Positions 8,606 through 21,176 of a stretch of 64,000 nucleotides of DNA are shown piece after piece. The DNA is from Candidatus Latescibacterota bacterium (lineage in GTDB: Bacteria; Latescibacterota; UBA2968; GCA-2709665). Position 1 is the stretch's first letter. Every line of letters starts with the position of its first letter. Under the pieces are notes generated by a model that was given only the letters and a program-made list of their open reading frames with translations, was not told the origin of the DNA and ran no database searches. The stretch lies in assembly GCA_965205485.1 (NCBI GenBank), contig OZ242180.1, forward strand, positions 1-64,000, read 5' to 3'. The position numbers and the translations under genes were made by a program.

Positions 8606-9841
8606 ATGATGCGCAGGCGACGCAGGCACCGCGTGTTGAAGTGGATGCTGTGGGTTGGGGGTGTGCTGGCGGCTGTTATTCTTACTCTGTCGCTGATTGA
8701 AATTGACGACGTGGTCATCGCCCAGGGTATTGTCGAGCCCGGGACGAAGATTTATATCGACTCGCCGCTGAAGCGAGTCATCGAAGCCATCCACATCGAG
8801 GCCGGACAGCCGGTAAAGGCGGGGCAGCCGGTGGTCCAGCTCTACAATGGCGACCTTCTTTCCGCTGCCGAAGCTGCCGGGAAGGAGGTCCAGCGCGGTG
8901 AAGCCAATCTGGAACACGCTCGGGCCAATCTCGCGCTGTTGAAGGAAAAACCCACGGCCGAAGCGTTAAAAATCGCGGAATCCAGAGTCGAACAGGCGCG
9001 AATTGCGCTGAAGGCCCGCAAGCAGGAACTCAAGCGCGCCGAAACGCTCTACTTCGGCGAACGGCTGTGGAGCATCGAGGAACTGGAACGCGCCAGGACC
9101 AACCAGCAACTCGCGGAATCCAACCTTAAGGTTGCAACCGAGGAACACAACCTCACCCGGCGCGGGGCGTCGCCCGCCGAACTCAGACAGGCGACGGCCG
9201 AGGTCCGCCAGGCTCGCGCAGCGCTCGCAAAAGCCCGCAGCAGCCTCGAGGGCGCCCGTGAAGGCCTCGAATTGACGACCATGAGGTCACCCGTCAGCGG
9301 GATTGTGGCCAGGCAGGACCTCCATCCCGGCATGCTTGCCGAACAGGGCCAGATCGTACTCATCATCGCCGGCGACGGCGGGGACGATACGATCGACGCG
9401 TGGGTTCCTGAAACTAACGCCTGGAAGATCCGGCTTGGACACCCCGTCGAAATCCTCAGCAATCTCTTCACCGACCGTGAGGAATTCGTCGGCGCCGGCG
9501 AAGTCTCCAGGTTCAACGGATACGCGGTACACGGCGGCGGCGTCCGTACCTTCGAGTTGGAAATCCGCATTCTGGAAACCCCGTTGCCGCTAAAATACGG
9601 CTCCACGGCTGATCTGCGAATTGTCGTTGGCAGGCGAAGCATCCTCAAGACCCTGCTGAACATAGAAGACCGAGACGTGGTCCGGGCAAGTCGCGCTGCA
9701 CACGATGATCCGCGCGGGCAAGACAAGACACAAACGTCTCCAACCGGCCAGACCGAACCCGATTCAGTGATCACGACGACGTCCCGGAGCACCGCGTCGA
9801 CCGATTCAGGCCGGGAACCGGCAACAGAACGGAATCCCTAA
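8606..9841 (+). CDS. HlyD-family periplasmic adaptor
   Basis: N-terminal TM, lipoyl halves (GQPVKAGQPV; MRSPVSGIV), long coiled coil. Confidence 0.88.
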   Translation: MMRRRRRHRVLKWMLWVGGVLAAVILTLSLIEIDDVVIAQGIVEPGTKIYIDSPLKRVIEAIHIEAGQPVKAGQPVVQLYNGDLLSAAEAAGKEVQRGEANLEHARANLALLKEKPTAEALKIAESRVEQARIALKARKQELKRAETLYFGERLWSIEELERARTNQQLAESNLKVATEEHNLTRRGASPAELRQATAEVRQARAALAKARSSLEGAREGLELTTMRSPVSGIVARQDLHPGMLAEQGQIVLIIAGDGGDDTIDAWVPETNAWKIRLGHPVEILSNLFTDREEFVGAGEVSRFNGYAVHGGGVRTFELEIRILETPLPLKYGSTADLRIVVGRRSILKTLLNIEDRDVVRASRAAHDDPRGQDKTQTSPTGQTEPDSVITTTSRSTASTDSGREPATERNP

Positions 9842-9861
9842 CGTATACGACGAGGAGAAAC

Positions 9862-12516
9862 ATGTCGGAGCAGCTTTCGAAAACCGAGAAGTACGTCTAT
9901 TTCTTTGGCGGCGGAGAAGCCGACGGCGACGGCCACCAGCGCAACTTGCTGGGCGGGAAAGGCGCAAACCTTGCAGAAATGTCGCTCATTGGGATCCCCG
10001 TCCCCGCCGGCTTCACCATTACCACGGACGTCTGCACCTTCTATTACGGCCACGAAAAGAACCACCCCGAAACGCTCAAGAGCCAGGTCGTAGAGAATAT
10101 CGGAAAGGTTGAGCAGGCCATGGGCGGGCGGTTTGGAGATCCGGTTAATCCGTTGCTCGTTTCCGTCCGGTCCGGCGCCCGCGTTTCCATGCCCGGAATG
10201 ATGGAGACCGTGCTCAACCTCGGTCTGAACGACGAGATCGCCGCCGGGCTGATTGAAAAATCGGGAAACGAACGCTTTGTCTGGGACGTGTACCGCCGCT
10301 TCATCCAGACATACGGCGACGTTGTGATGGGTATACAGCCCGAAGACCGTGAACACGATCCCTTCGAGGTCGCAATCGACAGCGTAAAGGCCAGGCGGGG
10401 CATCACGCTGGATACCGACCTTACGTCCAATGATCTTCGCGAACTCGTTGACGTTTTCAAGGATATTGTCAGAAATCGCGCCGGCCGGTCATTCCCCGAG
10501 AGCCCCATGGAGCAGTTGTGGGGAAGCGTAAACGCCGTATTCGACTCATGGAACGGCCACCGCGCGATCGTATATCGGAACATAAACGACATTCCCCACA
10601 ACTGGGGAACCGCCGTCAACGTGCAATCCATGGTTTACGGCAATATGGGCGACGACTGTGCGACTGGGGTGGCATTTACCCGCGACCCGTCGACCGGCGC
10701 GAAAAAGTTCTACGGCGAATACCTGGTCAACGCACAGGGTGAAGACGTCGTGGCGGGGGTCCGGACGCCTGAGCCGGTCGCAAAGATGAGACGACAACTG
10801 CCACACGCCTACAGGACCCTCGAAGAGATTTATAAGAAACTGGAACTGCACTATCGCGAGATGCAGGACATCGAGTTTACCGTCCAGAAAGGTGAGCTCT
10901 GGATGCTGCAGACCCGAACGGGCAAGCGCACCGCGGCGTCTGCGCTGAAGATAGCGGTAGACATGGTGAAAGAGGGTCTGATTACCAGGGACGAAGCCAT
11001 CGTCCGAATCGATCCGGCCCAGCTCGACCACCTCCTGCATCCCACCTTCGATCCCGACGCGCCGCGCGAAGTCCTGGCGACCGGCCTTCCGGCTTCACCC
11101 GGAGCGGCATCGGGCAGAGCGGTTTTCACGGCAGACGATGCCGAGACGATGGCCGATGACGGCGAAGAGGTCATCCTCGTCCGCCTCGAGACATCGCCCG
11201 AAGACATCGGGGGGATGAACGCCGCCAGGGGCATCCTGACGGCCCGCGGCGGCCAGACCAGTCACGCCGCCGTGGTGGCGCGGGGGATGGGAAAATGCTG
11301 CGTGGCCGGCTGCGGAGCAATCACAATCGATTACAACAACGACCTGTTCGAGGTCCATGGCACGACGGTCAAGGCGGGCGACTGGATCTCTCTCGACGGT
11401 TCCACGGGTGAAGTGATGCTGGGCCGCGTGCCCACGCTGAGTCCGAAGTTGTCCGGAAACTTCAATACCATCATGAGATGGGCGGAAGAGATAAAGCAAC
11501 TCGACGTACGCACCAACGCGGATACGCCGCAAGATTCGGAAATCGCAAGGAAGTTTGGCGCTGAGGGAATCGGCCTCTGCCGCACAGAGCACATGTTCTT
11601 TGAAGGCGACCGCATTCTGGCAGTACGGGAGATGATCCTCGCCGCGGATGAAACGGGAAGAAGAAAGGCCCTGGACAAGCTCCTGCCGATTCAGCGTGAA
11701 GACTTCGAAGGTATCTTCAGGGCCATGAAGGGGTTTCCCGTTACCATCCGCCTGCTGGACCCGCCTCTGCACGAATTCCTGCCCCACGAGCGCGACCAGC
11801 AGCGGGAAATGGCGCGGCAGATGGGGGTCCCGCTGGGCACGATTCGCAAGAAAGTAAACAGCCTGCATGAATTCAATCCCATGCTGGGGCATCGCGGCTG
11901 CCGTCTGGGTGTCACCTATCCGGAAATCTACGAGATGCAGGCGCGCGCCATTTTCGAAGCGGCCGTGAACGTGCGCAGGCGGCGGATCAAAGTCATTCCC
12001 GAGATCATGATCCCCCTCGTGGGCGCCGTCAAGGAGTTCACCGAACTCAGAAAGATCGTCGACCGCGTCGCCGGCGAGGTCATGGGCGGGGGCAGGATCA
12101 AAATCGACTATCTCGTCGGTACCATGGTCGAGGTCCCCCGCGCCGCCCTCGTGGCCGACGCCATTGCGGAATCCGCCGAGTTCTTCAGCTTTGGCACGAA
12201 TGACCTCACGCAGATGACCTTCGGTTTTTCCCGCGACGACGCCGGCAAATTCCTGCCCGCCTACATCGAACAGGGCGTCCTCGAACAGGACCCCTTCCTC
12301 AGCATGGACCAGGAGGGCGTGGGACAGCTGGTGATCATCGGGACCGAACGGGGGCGGTCGGCGCGCAGCACGCTGAAAGTGGGCATCTGCGGCGAACACG
12401 GCGGCGATCCTGACTCCGTGAAGTTCTGTCACGACGTCGGCCTCGACTACGTCTCCTGCTCGCCTTACAGGGTGCCCATCGCCCGTCTGGCCGCCGCCCA
12501 GGCCGCCATCGATTAG
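9862..12516 (+). CDS. ppdK: pyruvate, phosphate dikinase
   Basis: LGGKGANLAEM, SVRSGA, GGQTSHAAVVARG phospho-His, GTNDLTQ, CGEHGGDP. Confidence 0.98.
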   Translation: MSEQLSKTEKYVYFFGGGEADGDGHQRNLLGGKGANLAEMSLIGIPVPAGFTITTDVCTFYYGHEKNHPETLKSQVVENIGKVEQAMGGRFGDPVNPLLVSVRSGARVSMPGMMETVLNLGLNDEIAAGLIEKSGNERFVWDVYRRFIQTYGDVVMGIQPEDREHDPFEVAIDSVKARRGITLDTDLTSNDLRELVDVFKDIVRNRAGRSFPESPMEQLWGSVNAVFDSWNGHRAIVYRNINDIPHNWGTAVNVQSMVYGNMGDDCATGVAFTRDPSTGAKKFYGEYLVNAQGEDVVAGVRTPEPVAKMRRQLPHAYRTLEEIYKKLELHYREMQDIEFTVQKGELWMLQTRTGKRTAASALKIAVDMVKEGLITRDEAIVRIDPAQLDHLLHPTFDPDAPREVLATGLPASPGAASGRAVFTADDAETMADDGEEVILVRLETSPEDIGGMNAARGILTARGGQTSHAAVVARGMGKCCVAGCGAITIDYNNDLFEVHGTTVKAGDWISLDGSTGEVMLGRVPTLSPKLSGNFNTIMRWAEEIKQLDVRTNADTPQDSEIARKFGAEGIGLCRTEHMFFEGDRILAVREMILAADETGRRKALDKLLPIQREDFEGIFRAMKGFPVTIRLLDPPLHEFLPHERDQQREMARQMGVPLGTIRKKVNSLHEFNPMLGHRGCRLGVTYPEIYEMQARAIFEAAVNVRRRRIKVIPEIMIPLVGAVKEFTELRKIVDRVAGEVMGGGRIKIDYLVGTMVEVPRAALVADAIAESAEFFSFGTNDLTQMTFGFSRDDAGKFLPAYIEQGVLEQDPFLSMDQEGVGQLVIIGTERGRSARSTLKVGICGEHGGDPDSVKFCHDVGLDYVSCSPYRVPIARLAAAQAAID

Positions 12517-12561
12517 CCAATCGGCCGGACCGGGCTCGACGCCGCACAGGGTTTTCCATTT

Positions 12562-13329
12562 ATGCCAAGAATCATTGCCATTGCGAACCAGAAGGGCGGC
12601 GTTGGAAAGACCACGACAGCGGTCAACCTTTCCGCCTGCCTGGCGGCAGCGGAAAAGAAAACCCTTCTCGTCGACCTCGACCCGCAGTCGAATGCCACCA
12701 GCAGTTTCGGCGTATCAGTGAATCAGGAGGACCCCAGTATCTACGAGGTTCTCGTTCAGGAGCACCCGCTTGCCGACATCACCAGGGAAACCGAGATTCC
12801 CTACCTGAACGTGGCCCCTTCGCATGTGCGCCTCACTGGGGCGGAAGTCGAGATGGTGAACCTTGGCGCCCGGGAACACCGGCTCAGGGTTGCGCTGGAG
12901 AAGGCTGGCGAAAGCTACGAATTCCTGCTGATCGATTGCCCGCCGTCCCTCGGGCTGCTCACCCTCAACGCACTCACCGCCGCCGGATCCGTCCTCATTC
13001 CGATACAGTGCGAATATTACGCGCTGGAGGGTGTGGGAAAGCTGTTGAATACCCTTCGGCTGGTCCAACGCCATCTGAATCCCCCGCTCAGAATTGAAGG
13101 CGTACTGCTCACGATGTTCGACACGCGGCTCAATCTCTCCAGGCAGGTCGTGGACGAAGCCCGTCATCACTTCGGAGACCGCGTCTACAACACCATCATC
13201 GGCCGCAACGTCAAACTCGGCGAAGCGCCAAGTTTTGGCAAGCCCATCATCCTGTACGACATTATGTCGCCGGGTGCCCGGAACTACATGAGCCTGGCCG
13301 GGGAGGTTATCGACCATGGCCAAGCGTAA
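12562..13329 (+). CDS. parA: chromosome partitioning ATPase ParA/Soj
   Basis: NQKGGVGKTT, DLDPQ, DCPPSLG, EAPSFG. Confidence 0.96.
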   Translation: MPRIIAIANQKGGVGKTTTAVNLSACLAAAEKKTLLVDLDPQSNATSSFGVSVNQEDPSIYEVLVQEHPLADITRETEIPYLNVAPSHVRLTGAEVEMVNLGAREHRLRVALEKAGESYEFLLIDCPPSLGLLTLNALTAAGSVLIPIQCEYYALEGVGKLLNTLRLVQRHLNPPLRIEGVLLTMFDTRLNLSRQVVDEARHHFGDRVYNTIIGRNVKLGEAPSFGKPIILYDIMSPGARNYMSLAGEVIDHGQA

Positions 13330-14221
13330 GGCCCTCGGAAGGGGCCTCGGCGCCCTGATTCCCGGCGCCGATGAATCGCCGCTGGAACAGACCGCGGGAC
13401 CGGCGGCAACGGGCGAAAGCCATCCGGGGGCGGGTGTACTCGACGTCGCGGTTGAAGACCTCCGGCCGAATACGCACCAGCCCCGGGAGGCGTTCGATCC
13501 GGAAGCCGTCCGGGAACTGGCGGACTCGATCAGGGAGAAAGGGGTCATCCAACCCGTCGTTGTCCGGCGCGACGGGACCGGATATCAGCTCATCGCGGGC
13601 GAGCGGCGTCTCCGCGCCGCGAAAGAAGCGGGTCTGGAGTCCGTGCCCGCCATCCTGCTTGACGTGGGTTCCGACCAGGAGATGATGGAAATCTCGCTCA
13701 TCGAAAACGTGCAGCGGGAAGACCTGAATCCGATTGAAGAAGCCAGGGCCTACAGGGCCCTGATGGAAACCTGCTTCCTGACCCAGGAAGAGGTGGCGCA
13801 GAAAGTCGGCAAGAACAGGTCCACCGTGACCAATACGCTGCGGCTTCTGCACCTGGCGGAGGAAGTCAGAAACGCACTGCAGGGAAAAAAGATCTCCATG
13901 GGCCACGCGCGCGCGCTGCTGGGCCTGGAAGACGACCGGCTGCAGGCGAATCTCTGCGGGAAAATCATATCGGACGGCCTCTCCGTCAGGCAGGTCGAAC
14001 GCCTTGTCAAGGCCGGTAGAGAGGGGCGCCGTGAGCCCTCCGGACCATTGCCCCGCGCCAAAGACCCTCAGGTCCTGTCGCTCGAGGAAGACCTGCAGCG
14101 CCGGTTCGGGACAGGGGTGAACATCAATCGCCGGGGCAAAAAGGGTAAAATCGAGATCGAGTTCTATACAGACGACGACCTGGAGCGCATCCTGGACCTC
14201 CTCAGAGAAACGTCTTACTGA
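13316..14221 (+). CDS. parB: chromosome partitioning protein ParB/Spo0J
   Basis: LGRGLGALI, QPR, AGERRLRA, ENVQREDL, HTH. Confidence 0.96.
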   Translation: MAKRKALGRGLGALIPGADESPLEQTAGPAATGESHPGAGVLDVAVEDLRPNTHQPREAFDPEAVRELADSIREKGVIQPVVVRRDGTGYQLIAGERRLRAAKEAGLESVPAILLDVGSDQEMMEISLIENVQREDLNPIEEARAYRALMETCFLTQEEVAQKVGKNRSTVTNTLRLLHLAEEVRNALQGKKISMGHARALLGLEDDRLQANLCGKIISDGLSVRQVERLVKAGREGRREPSGPLPRAKDPQVLSLEEDLQRRFGTGVNINRRGKKGKIEIEFYTDDDLERILDLLRETSY

Positions 14222-14331
14222 CAGTAGACCGCCCACACCGATGAATCCGCCCTGGGGCACGCCGCGCCGTGCCCCTTCTGATTATTGCCGATCACGGGGC
14301 GAGTCGGCGCGACACGCGAGAATCCGGCAGC

Positions 14332-15264
14332 ATGCTCGGAAATTTCCTCTACAAATTCAAACAGGGCCTCTCAAAAACCCGGGAGGGCCTGTCCGGAAAG
14401 ATCAGCGAGGTCCTGCGGCGCAGCCCCGGACTGGATGAGGAAACCCTCGAAGAGATCGAAGAAATCCTGATCCGGGCCGACGTGGGCGTCAACGCGACAC
14501 TTCGGATCATCGACCGGCTTCGCGAGCGCCTGCGGGACGGGCCGGCGCCCGATCGGACCGAAGACTGGGTGCGAGCGCGGCTGGCAGACGAACTGCTGGA
14601 GATCCTCAGCGCCGCCCAGCCCCCGAACCGTGAGCCTCCCGGCGCCAGGCCCCACGTCATCCTGGTCGCCGGTGTCAACGGATCGGGCAAGACGACGACA
14701 ATCGGTAAGCTGGCCTGCCGGTTCGGCGCGCGCGGAAAGCGGGTACTCCTGGCCGCCTGCGACACCTTCCGGGCCGCCGCGATCGACCAGCTATCGATCT
14801 GGTCCGACCGTTCGGGCGCGGACATCGTTCGCCACAGGTCCGGCGCGGACGCCGCCTCGGTGGCCTTCGACGCCGTTGCCGCCGCCCGGTCCCGCAACTT
14901 GGACGTCGTTATTATCGACACCGCGGGGCGCCTGCACACGAGCGTCAATCTGATGGAGGAACTCAAGAAGATCCGGCGCGTCCTGGGAAAGTGCCTGCCG
15001 GGCGCGCCTCACGAAACCCTGCTGGTCCTGGATGCGACGACCGGGCAGAACGCCGTTGCGCAGGCCCGGCAGTTTCACACGGATATCGGCGTTACCGGCC
15101 TTGTTCTGGCGAAACTGGACGGTACCGCCAGGGGCGGCGTTATCATTGCGATCGCCGACGAACTCGGCCTCCCCGTCAGCATGGTTGGCCTGGGCGAAGG
15201 CGAGGACGATCTCAGTGACTTCGAACCGGAAGCCTTCGTCACAGCGCTTTTTGAAGGGGATTGA
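14332..15264 (+). CDS. ftsY: signal recognition particle receptor FtsY
   Basis: GLSKTR, GVNGSGKTTT, DTFRAAA, DTAGR, KLDGTARGG. Confidence 0.96.
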   Translation: MLGNFLYKFKQGLSKTREGLSGKISEVLRRSPGLDEETLEEIEEILIRADVGVNATLRIIDRLRERLRDGPAPDRTEDWVRARLADELLEILSAAQPPNREPPGARPHVILVAGVNGSGKTTTIGKLACRFGARGKRVLLAACDTFRAAAIDQLSIWSDRSGADIVRHRSGADAASVAFDAVAAARSRNLDVVIIDTAGRLHTSVNLMEELKKIRRVLGKCLPGAPHETLLVLDATTGQNAVAQARQFHTDIGVTGLVLAKLDGTARGGVIIAIADELGLPVSMVGLGEGEDDLSDFEPEAFVTALFEGD

Positions 15265-15274
15265 TGTCATAAGC

Positions 15275-15298
15275 GGGCACCCACAAGGGGTGCCCGAC
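15275..15298. repeat. REP family E, copy 2 (followed by a pyrimidine heptamer tract)
   Basis: gggcacccacaaggggtgccc palindrome. Confidence 0.7.
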
Positions 15299-15356
15299 CG
15301 CCCGCATTTCTTCATCCTTCATCCTTCTTCCTTTTTCCTTCTACCCGATTCTCGAC

Positions 15357-16535
15357 ATGACGCACATATATCTCGACAACCAGGCCACCACACCCGTCGA
15401 CCCCAGGGTCCTGGACGCAATGCTGCCCTTTTTCAAGGAGGATTTCGGCAACGCGGCCAGCCGTACCCACAGCTTCGGATGGGCCGCCGAAGGCGCGGTG
15501 GACCGGGCCCGGGAACAGATCGCGGAGCTGATCCATGCGGACGCGAGGGAGATCATCTTTACCAGCGGCGCGACGGAGTCGGACAACCTGGCCATAAAGG
15601 GCGTGGCCGCGTTGCGCCGGGACAGGGGCGGACACTTCATTACCCAGGCCACGGAACACCACGCCGTCCTCGATTCGTGCAAAGCGCTCCAACGGCGTGG
15701 TTTCGACGTTACCGTCCTTCCCGTAGACCCCTATGGACAGGTCGAGCCGGAAGCCGTTTCGGACGCGATCCGTGAAAACACCCTGCTCGTTTCCATCATG
15801 GCGGCCAACAATGAAATCGGTACCGTGCAGCCGCTGGACGAAATCGGAGCCGTCTGCGAGGAACGCAAGGTCCTCTTTCACTGCGACGCCGCTCAGGCCG
15901 TCGGCAAGCTGACCATCGACGTGCAGGCTCTGGGCATCGACATGCTCTCGATCTCCGCCCACAAACTGTACGGACCCAAGGGCGTCGGCGCACTGTACGT
16001 TCGCAGCCGGCCGCGAGTCCGCCTCGTGGCGGAAATCGACGGAGGCGGTCACGAACGCGGTATGCGGTCGGGCACGCTCAATGTGCCCGGCATCGTGGGT
16101 ATGGGGGCGGCCTGCGAACTTGCGGGAGCGGAAATGGCCGCTGAAGGCGCCCGGCTCCGGGGGTTGCGCGAGCGGCTGAAAACCCGTCTGTTCGACAACG
16201 TGGACGATATCCATCTCAACGGACATCCGAAGAAGCGCCTGGACGGCAACCTGAACGTGAGCTTCGAAGGCGTGGACGGCGAGAGCCTGATGGTGGGCCT
16301 GGAGGAAATCGCGCTTTCGTCCGGCTCCGCCTGCACGTCGGCCTCGCTGGAACCCTCTTACGTACTGCGCGCGCTGGGGGTGCCGAACCGACTTGCCGAG
16401 AGCAGTATCCGGTTCGGCATTGGGAGATTCAACACCGAAGCCGAAATCGACCGGGCGGCAGGTCGCGTCATCGAGGAAGTCGGACGCCTGCGCGAGATTT
16501 CGCCATACTCCGGCCCGCAGGGTCGGCGAACCTAG
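15357..16535 (+). CDS. iscS: cysteine desulfurase (IscS/NifS type)
   Basis: [33 protein letters not shown]. Confidence 0.95.
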   Translation: MTHIYLDNQATTPVDPRVLDAMLPFFKEDFGNAASRTHSFGWAAEGAVDRAREQIAELIHADAREIIFTSGATESDNLAIKGVAALRRDRGGHFITQATEHHAVLDSCKALQRRGFDVTVLPVDPYGQVEPEAVSDAIRENTLLVSIMAANNEIGTVQPLDEIGAVCEERKVLFHCDAAQAVGKLTIDVQALGIDMLSISAHKLYGPKGVGALYVRSRPRVRLVAEIDGGGHERGMRSGTLNVPGIVGMGAACELAGAEMAAEGARLRGLRERLKTRLFDNVDDIHLNGHPKKRLDGNLNVSFEGVDGESLMVGLEEIALSSGSACTSASLEPSYVLRALGVPNRLAESSIRFGIGRFNTEAEIDRAAGRVIEEVGRLREISPYSGPQGRRT

Positions 16536-16588
16536 ATCGACAACGCATTCGAATCCCTACAATCAAACAACATTCAAGGAACGGACCC

Positions 16589-17407
16589 ATGCAAATGCCA
16601 CCCGGCATGCCGAAACCCCGCGCCATTCCCGACGTCGAGCACATCGTGGCCGTTTCCAGCGGCAAGGGAGGCGTGGGCAAAACCACCGTCAGCGTGAACC
16701 TCTCCGTCGCCCTGGCGCGCCAGGGCCAGGCCGTCGGTCTGCTCGACGCCGACATCTACGGACCGAACGTCCCGATGATGCTGGGCGCCGCGGAACAACC
16801 CCGGGCCGTGGGCGGCAAGATCATCCCGCTCGAAAACCACGGCGTGAAACTGATGTCGCTCGGACTCATCGCCGGAGAGGACACACCCGTGATCTGGCGG
16901 GGCCCGATCGTGGGCAAGATGATCCAGCAATTCATGTCGGACGTGGCGTGGGGCGCGCTGGATTTCCTCGTCGTCGATCTTCCCCCCGGGACCGGAGACG
17001 CGCAACTCACGCTCGCACAGACCGTCCCGCTCAGCGGCGCGGTGATCGTCACCACGCCTCAGGACGTGGCCCTGGAAGACGTAACGCGAAGCGTCGAAAT
17101 GTTCCGCAAGGTGGACGTCCCCGTTCTGGGCGCCGTGGAAAACATGAGCGCCTTCATCTGTCCCTGCTGCGGCGAATCCGCTGCGATCTTCGGAACGGGC
17201 GGCGGCGACCGGATCGCCCAGGCATTCAACGTCCCGCTGCTCGGTCGGCTGCCCATTCTGCCGGCCATTCGCAAGGGCGGCGACGAAGGCGACCCGATTG
17301 CCGCGGGGGAATCCGACGAGTCCGAAACCTTTCTCGAAATCGCACAGGAGATCATGGACCAGATCGACGCCCACGAGCAACCTGGACCGAAGATTACGAT
17401 ATCGTGA
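16589..17407 (+). CDS. mrp: Mrp/ApbC/NBP35 Fe-S carrier ATPase
   Basis: SGKGGVGKTT, DADIYGP, DLPPGTGD, ENMS..CPCC. Confidence 0.94.
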   Translation: MQMPPGMPKPRAIPDVEHIVAVSSGKGGVGKTTVSVNLSVALARQGQAVGLLDADIYGPNVPMMLGAAEQPRAVGGKIIPLENHGVKLMSLGLIAGEDTPVIWRGPIVGKMIQQFMSDVAWGALDFLVVDLPPGTGDAQLTLAQTVPLSGAVIVTTPQDVALEDVTRSVEMFRKVDVPVLGAVENMSAFICPCCGESAAIFGTGGGDRIAQAFNVPLLGRLPILPAIRKGGDEGDPIAAGESDESETFLEIAQEIMDQIDAHEQPGPKITIS

Positions 17408-17413
17408 AAAAAC

Positions 17414-17580
17414 GGGGAGAGGGTAGACGGGAGCCGGTAGAAGAAATCCTTGCCCGAGTAGGTCGCTCCTACTTACCTACGGCCTGACAAGAAACCTTAC
17501 AAGGCAGCCGATCTCTACCGTCTCACCTCTTCCGTCTCCCCGCATTTCATCCTTCTTCCTTTTTCCTTCTTCCTTCTATT
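17414..17580. repeat. repeat family F, copy 2, plus heptamer tract
   Basis: gggtagacgggagccggtagaagaaatccttgcc..acaaggcagccgatctctaccgtctc; tcatccttcttcctttttccttc also seen at ~15318. Confidence 0.65.
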
Positions 17581-17664
17581 TTACGCATTAACTTTTGCCT
17601 TCCATGCCGGAATTGGATACATTACCGGTAGGTGATTTCAATCATACTGCACCGGAGGGATATT

Positions 17665-18843
17665 ATGAGCACGGCATTTGAAACGCTGATGCTAAGCGTA
17701 AGGAGCGAGGTCCGGGGCATCTCGCCGGAGGAAGCAAGGGAGCGGATGGACGGCGCCCTGCTGCTGGACGTCCGGGAACGGGAAGACTACGCCGGGGGTT
17801 ATATCGAAGGCGCGGAGAACCTTTCCCGGGGGTTCCTCGAACTGCGCATCGAGTCCCTGTCGAACGACCGCTCAACCGCCATCATCGTGTACGGAGACGA
17901 AAACCAGGGGCCGCTGGCCGCGAGAGACCTGCAGAATATGGGATATGAAAACGTCGACTACATCGAGGGCGGTTTCGAAGCCTGGGTGGAGGCCGGTTAT
18001 CCGGTTCAGCAGGACAGGGCGCTCAGCAAGGCCGAAGTCCAGCGGTACTCCAGGCATCTCCTGGTCCCCGAAGTGGGCGAAAAGGGCCAGGGAAAGCTGC
18101 TTGATGCAAAGGTCCTGATGGTTGGCGCCGGCGGACTCGGTTGCCCCGCGGCCTACTATCTTGCCGCAGCCGGCGTCGGCACGATGGGAATCGTAGACGC
18201 GGACGTCGTGGACGTCACGAATCTTCAGCGACAGATCCTGCACGGCACATCCGACCTGGGCAGGCCGAAGGCCATCTCCGCACGGGAGACCCTGCAGGAC
18301 CTGAATCCGGGATGCAAGGTGGTCCCGTACGTCGAGTACCTGAGTTCCGACAACGTGATGGACATCATCGCGGACTACGACATCGTGGTGAACGGATGCG
18401 ACAACTTCCCCACGCGCTATATGGTGAATGACGCCTGCGTCTTCGCACGCAAGCCCATCGTAGACGGAAGCATCTTCCGGTTCGAGGGGCAGGTGACCAT
18501 CTATCCCTGCGACCAGGAGGGGCCGTGCTACCGGTGTCTGTATCCCGAACCCCCGCCCGCGGAACTGGCGCCGTCCTGCGCCGACGCGGGGGTCCTGGGC
18601 GTGCTTCCGGGCACCGTGGGGCTGATCCAGGCGACCGAAGTGGTCAAACTGATTCTCGGCCAGGGCGAACCGCTTATCGGCAGGCTGCTCATGTACGATG
18701 CGCTGGCCATGAGTTTCCGGACGTTCAAGATCCGACGCGACCCGGGTTGCCCGGTGTGTGGCGACAATCCCGAGATTACCGAACTCATCGACTACGTCGC
18801 CTTCTGCAGCGGCGTGACGCAGCAGGAAGCCGCGGACGACTGA
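17665..18843 (+). CDS. rhodanese-ThiF/MoeB fusion (MoeZ-like sulfur-carrier adenylyltransferase)
   Basis: N-terminal rhodanese fold (LLDVRE, GGFEAW); RYSRH, GAGGLG, TNLQRQ, DNF, CYRC, CPVC. Confidence 0.92.
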   Translation: MSTAFETLMLSVRSEVRGISPEEARERMDGALLLDVREREDYAGGYIEGAENLSRGFLELRIESLSNDRSTAIIVYGDENQGPLAARDLQNMGYENVDYIEGGFEAWVEAGYPVQQDRALSKAEVQRYSRHLLVPEVGEKGQGKLLDAKVLMVGAGGLGCPAAYYLAAAGVGTMGIVDADVVDVTNLQRQILHGTSDLGRPKAISARETLQDLNPGCKVVPYVEYLSSDNVMDIIADYDIVVNGCDNFPTRYMVNDACVFARKPIVDGSIFRFEGQVTIYPCDQEGPCYRCLYPEPPPAELAPSCADAGVLGVLPGTVGLIQATEVVKLILGQGEPLIGRLLMYDALAMSFRTFKIRRDPGCPVCGDNPEITELIDYVAFCSGVTQQEAADD

Positions 18844-18870
18844 AACAACATCCGGCATAGCCGCAAAAAA

Positions 18871-18900
18871 GAAACGCGCCTTTGAAAAAAGGCGCGTTTC
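18871..18900. terminator. intrinsic terminator
   Basis: gaaacgcgcctt-tgaaaa-aaggcgcgtttc perfect stem. Confidence 0.8.
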
Positions 18901-18945
18901 TCTTTTACTTCGGCCTCCGGTACAGCTGACGGAGGCATCGCTTGT

Positions 18946-20754
<1,809 letters not shown>

Positions 20755-20768
20755 TTAAATGAATCGCC

Positions 20769-21065
20769 TCAGTCTTCAATAATCGCCAGGATATCGCTCT
20801 CGGACATAATGAGATGATCCTCGTCGTCCAACCTGACCTCGGTTCCGGAATATTTGCCGTAGAGTACCACGTCGCCGGATGACACGGACGGCGCAATCCT
20901 TTTGCCGGAATCGTCCAGTTTGCCATCTCCGACGGCCACGACATCGCCGCGCTGAGGCTTTTCTTTTGCTGTGTCAGGAATAATGATGCCACCCTTCACC
21001 TGTTCCTCTTCTTCCTGGGGCCTGACCAGCACACGATCTCCCAGCGGCTTCACCTTGACTGCCAT
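20769..21065 (-). CDS. groS: co-chaperonin GroES
   Basis: [28 protein letters not shown]. Confidence 0.98.
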   Translation of the reverse strand: MAVKVKPLGDRVLVRPQEEEEQVKGGIIIPDTAKEKPQRGDVVAVGDGKLDDSGKRIAPSVSSGDVVLYGKYSGTEVRLDDEDHLIMSESDILAIIED

Positions 21066-21140
21066 GTCTCTAACCTCCTTGAATAATTGAGACGGGACCG
21101 GCGTTGAATTTATTGATTTTAAATGGTTAACAGCCCGTTG

Positions 21141-21167
21141 TTAGCACTCTGGCATACTGAGTGCCAG
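21141..21167. promoter_or_regulatory. CIRCE element (HrcA operator)
   Basis: TTAGCACTC-N9-GAGTGCCAG upstream of groES. Confidence 0.92.
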
Positions 21168-21176
21168 CAGACAATC

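Noticed and set aside
11095..12432. 445-aa minus-strand ORF
   Set aside because: Antisense shadow of ppdK, expected in high-GC DNA; no motifs
12562..14221. parAB as a sign of plasmid or prophage, or a nearby parS/oriC
   Set aside because: Chromosomal Soj/Spo0J type among housekeeping genes; no TGTTTCACGTGAAACA-like site or DnaA-box cluster noticed
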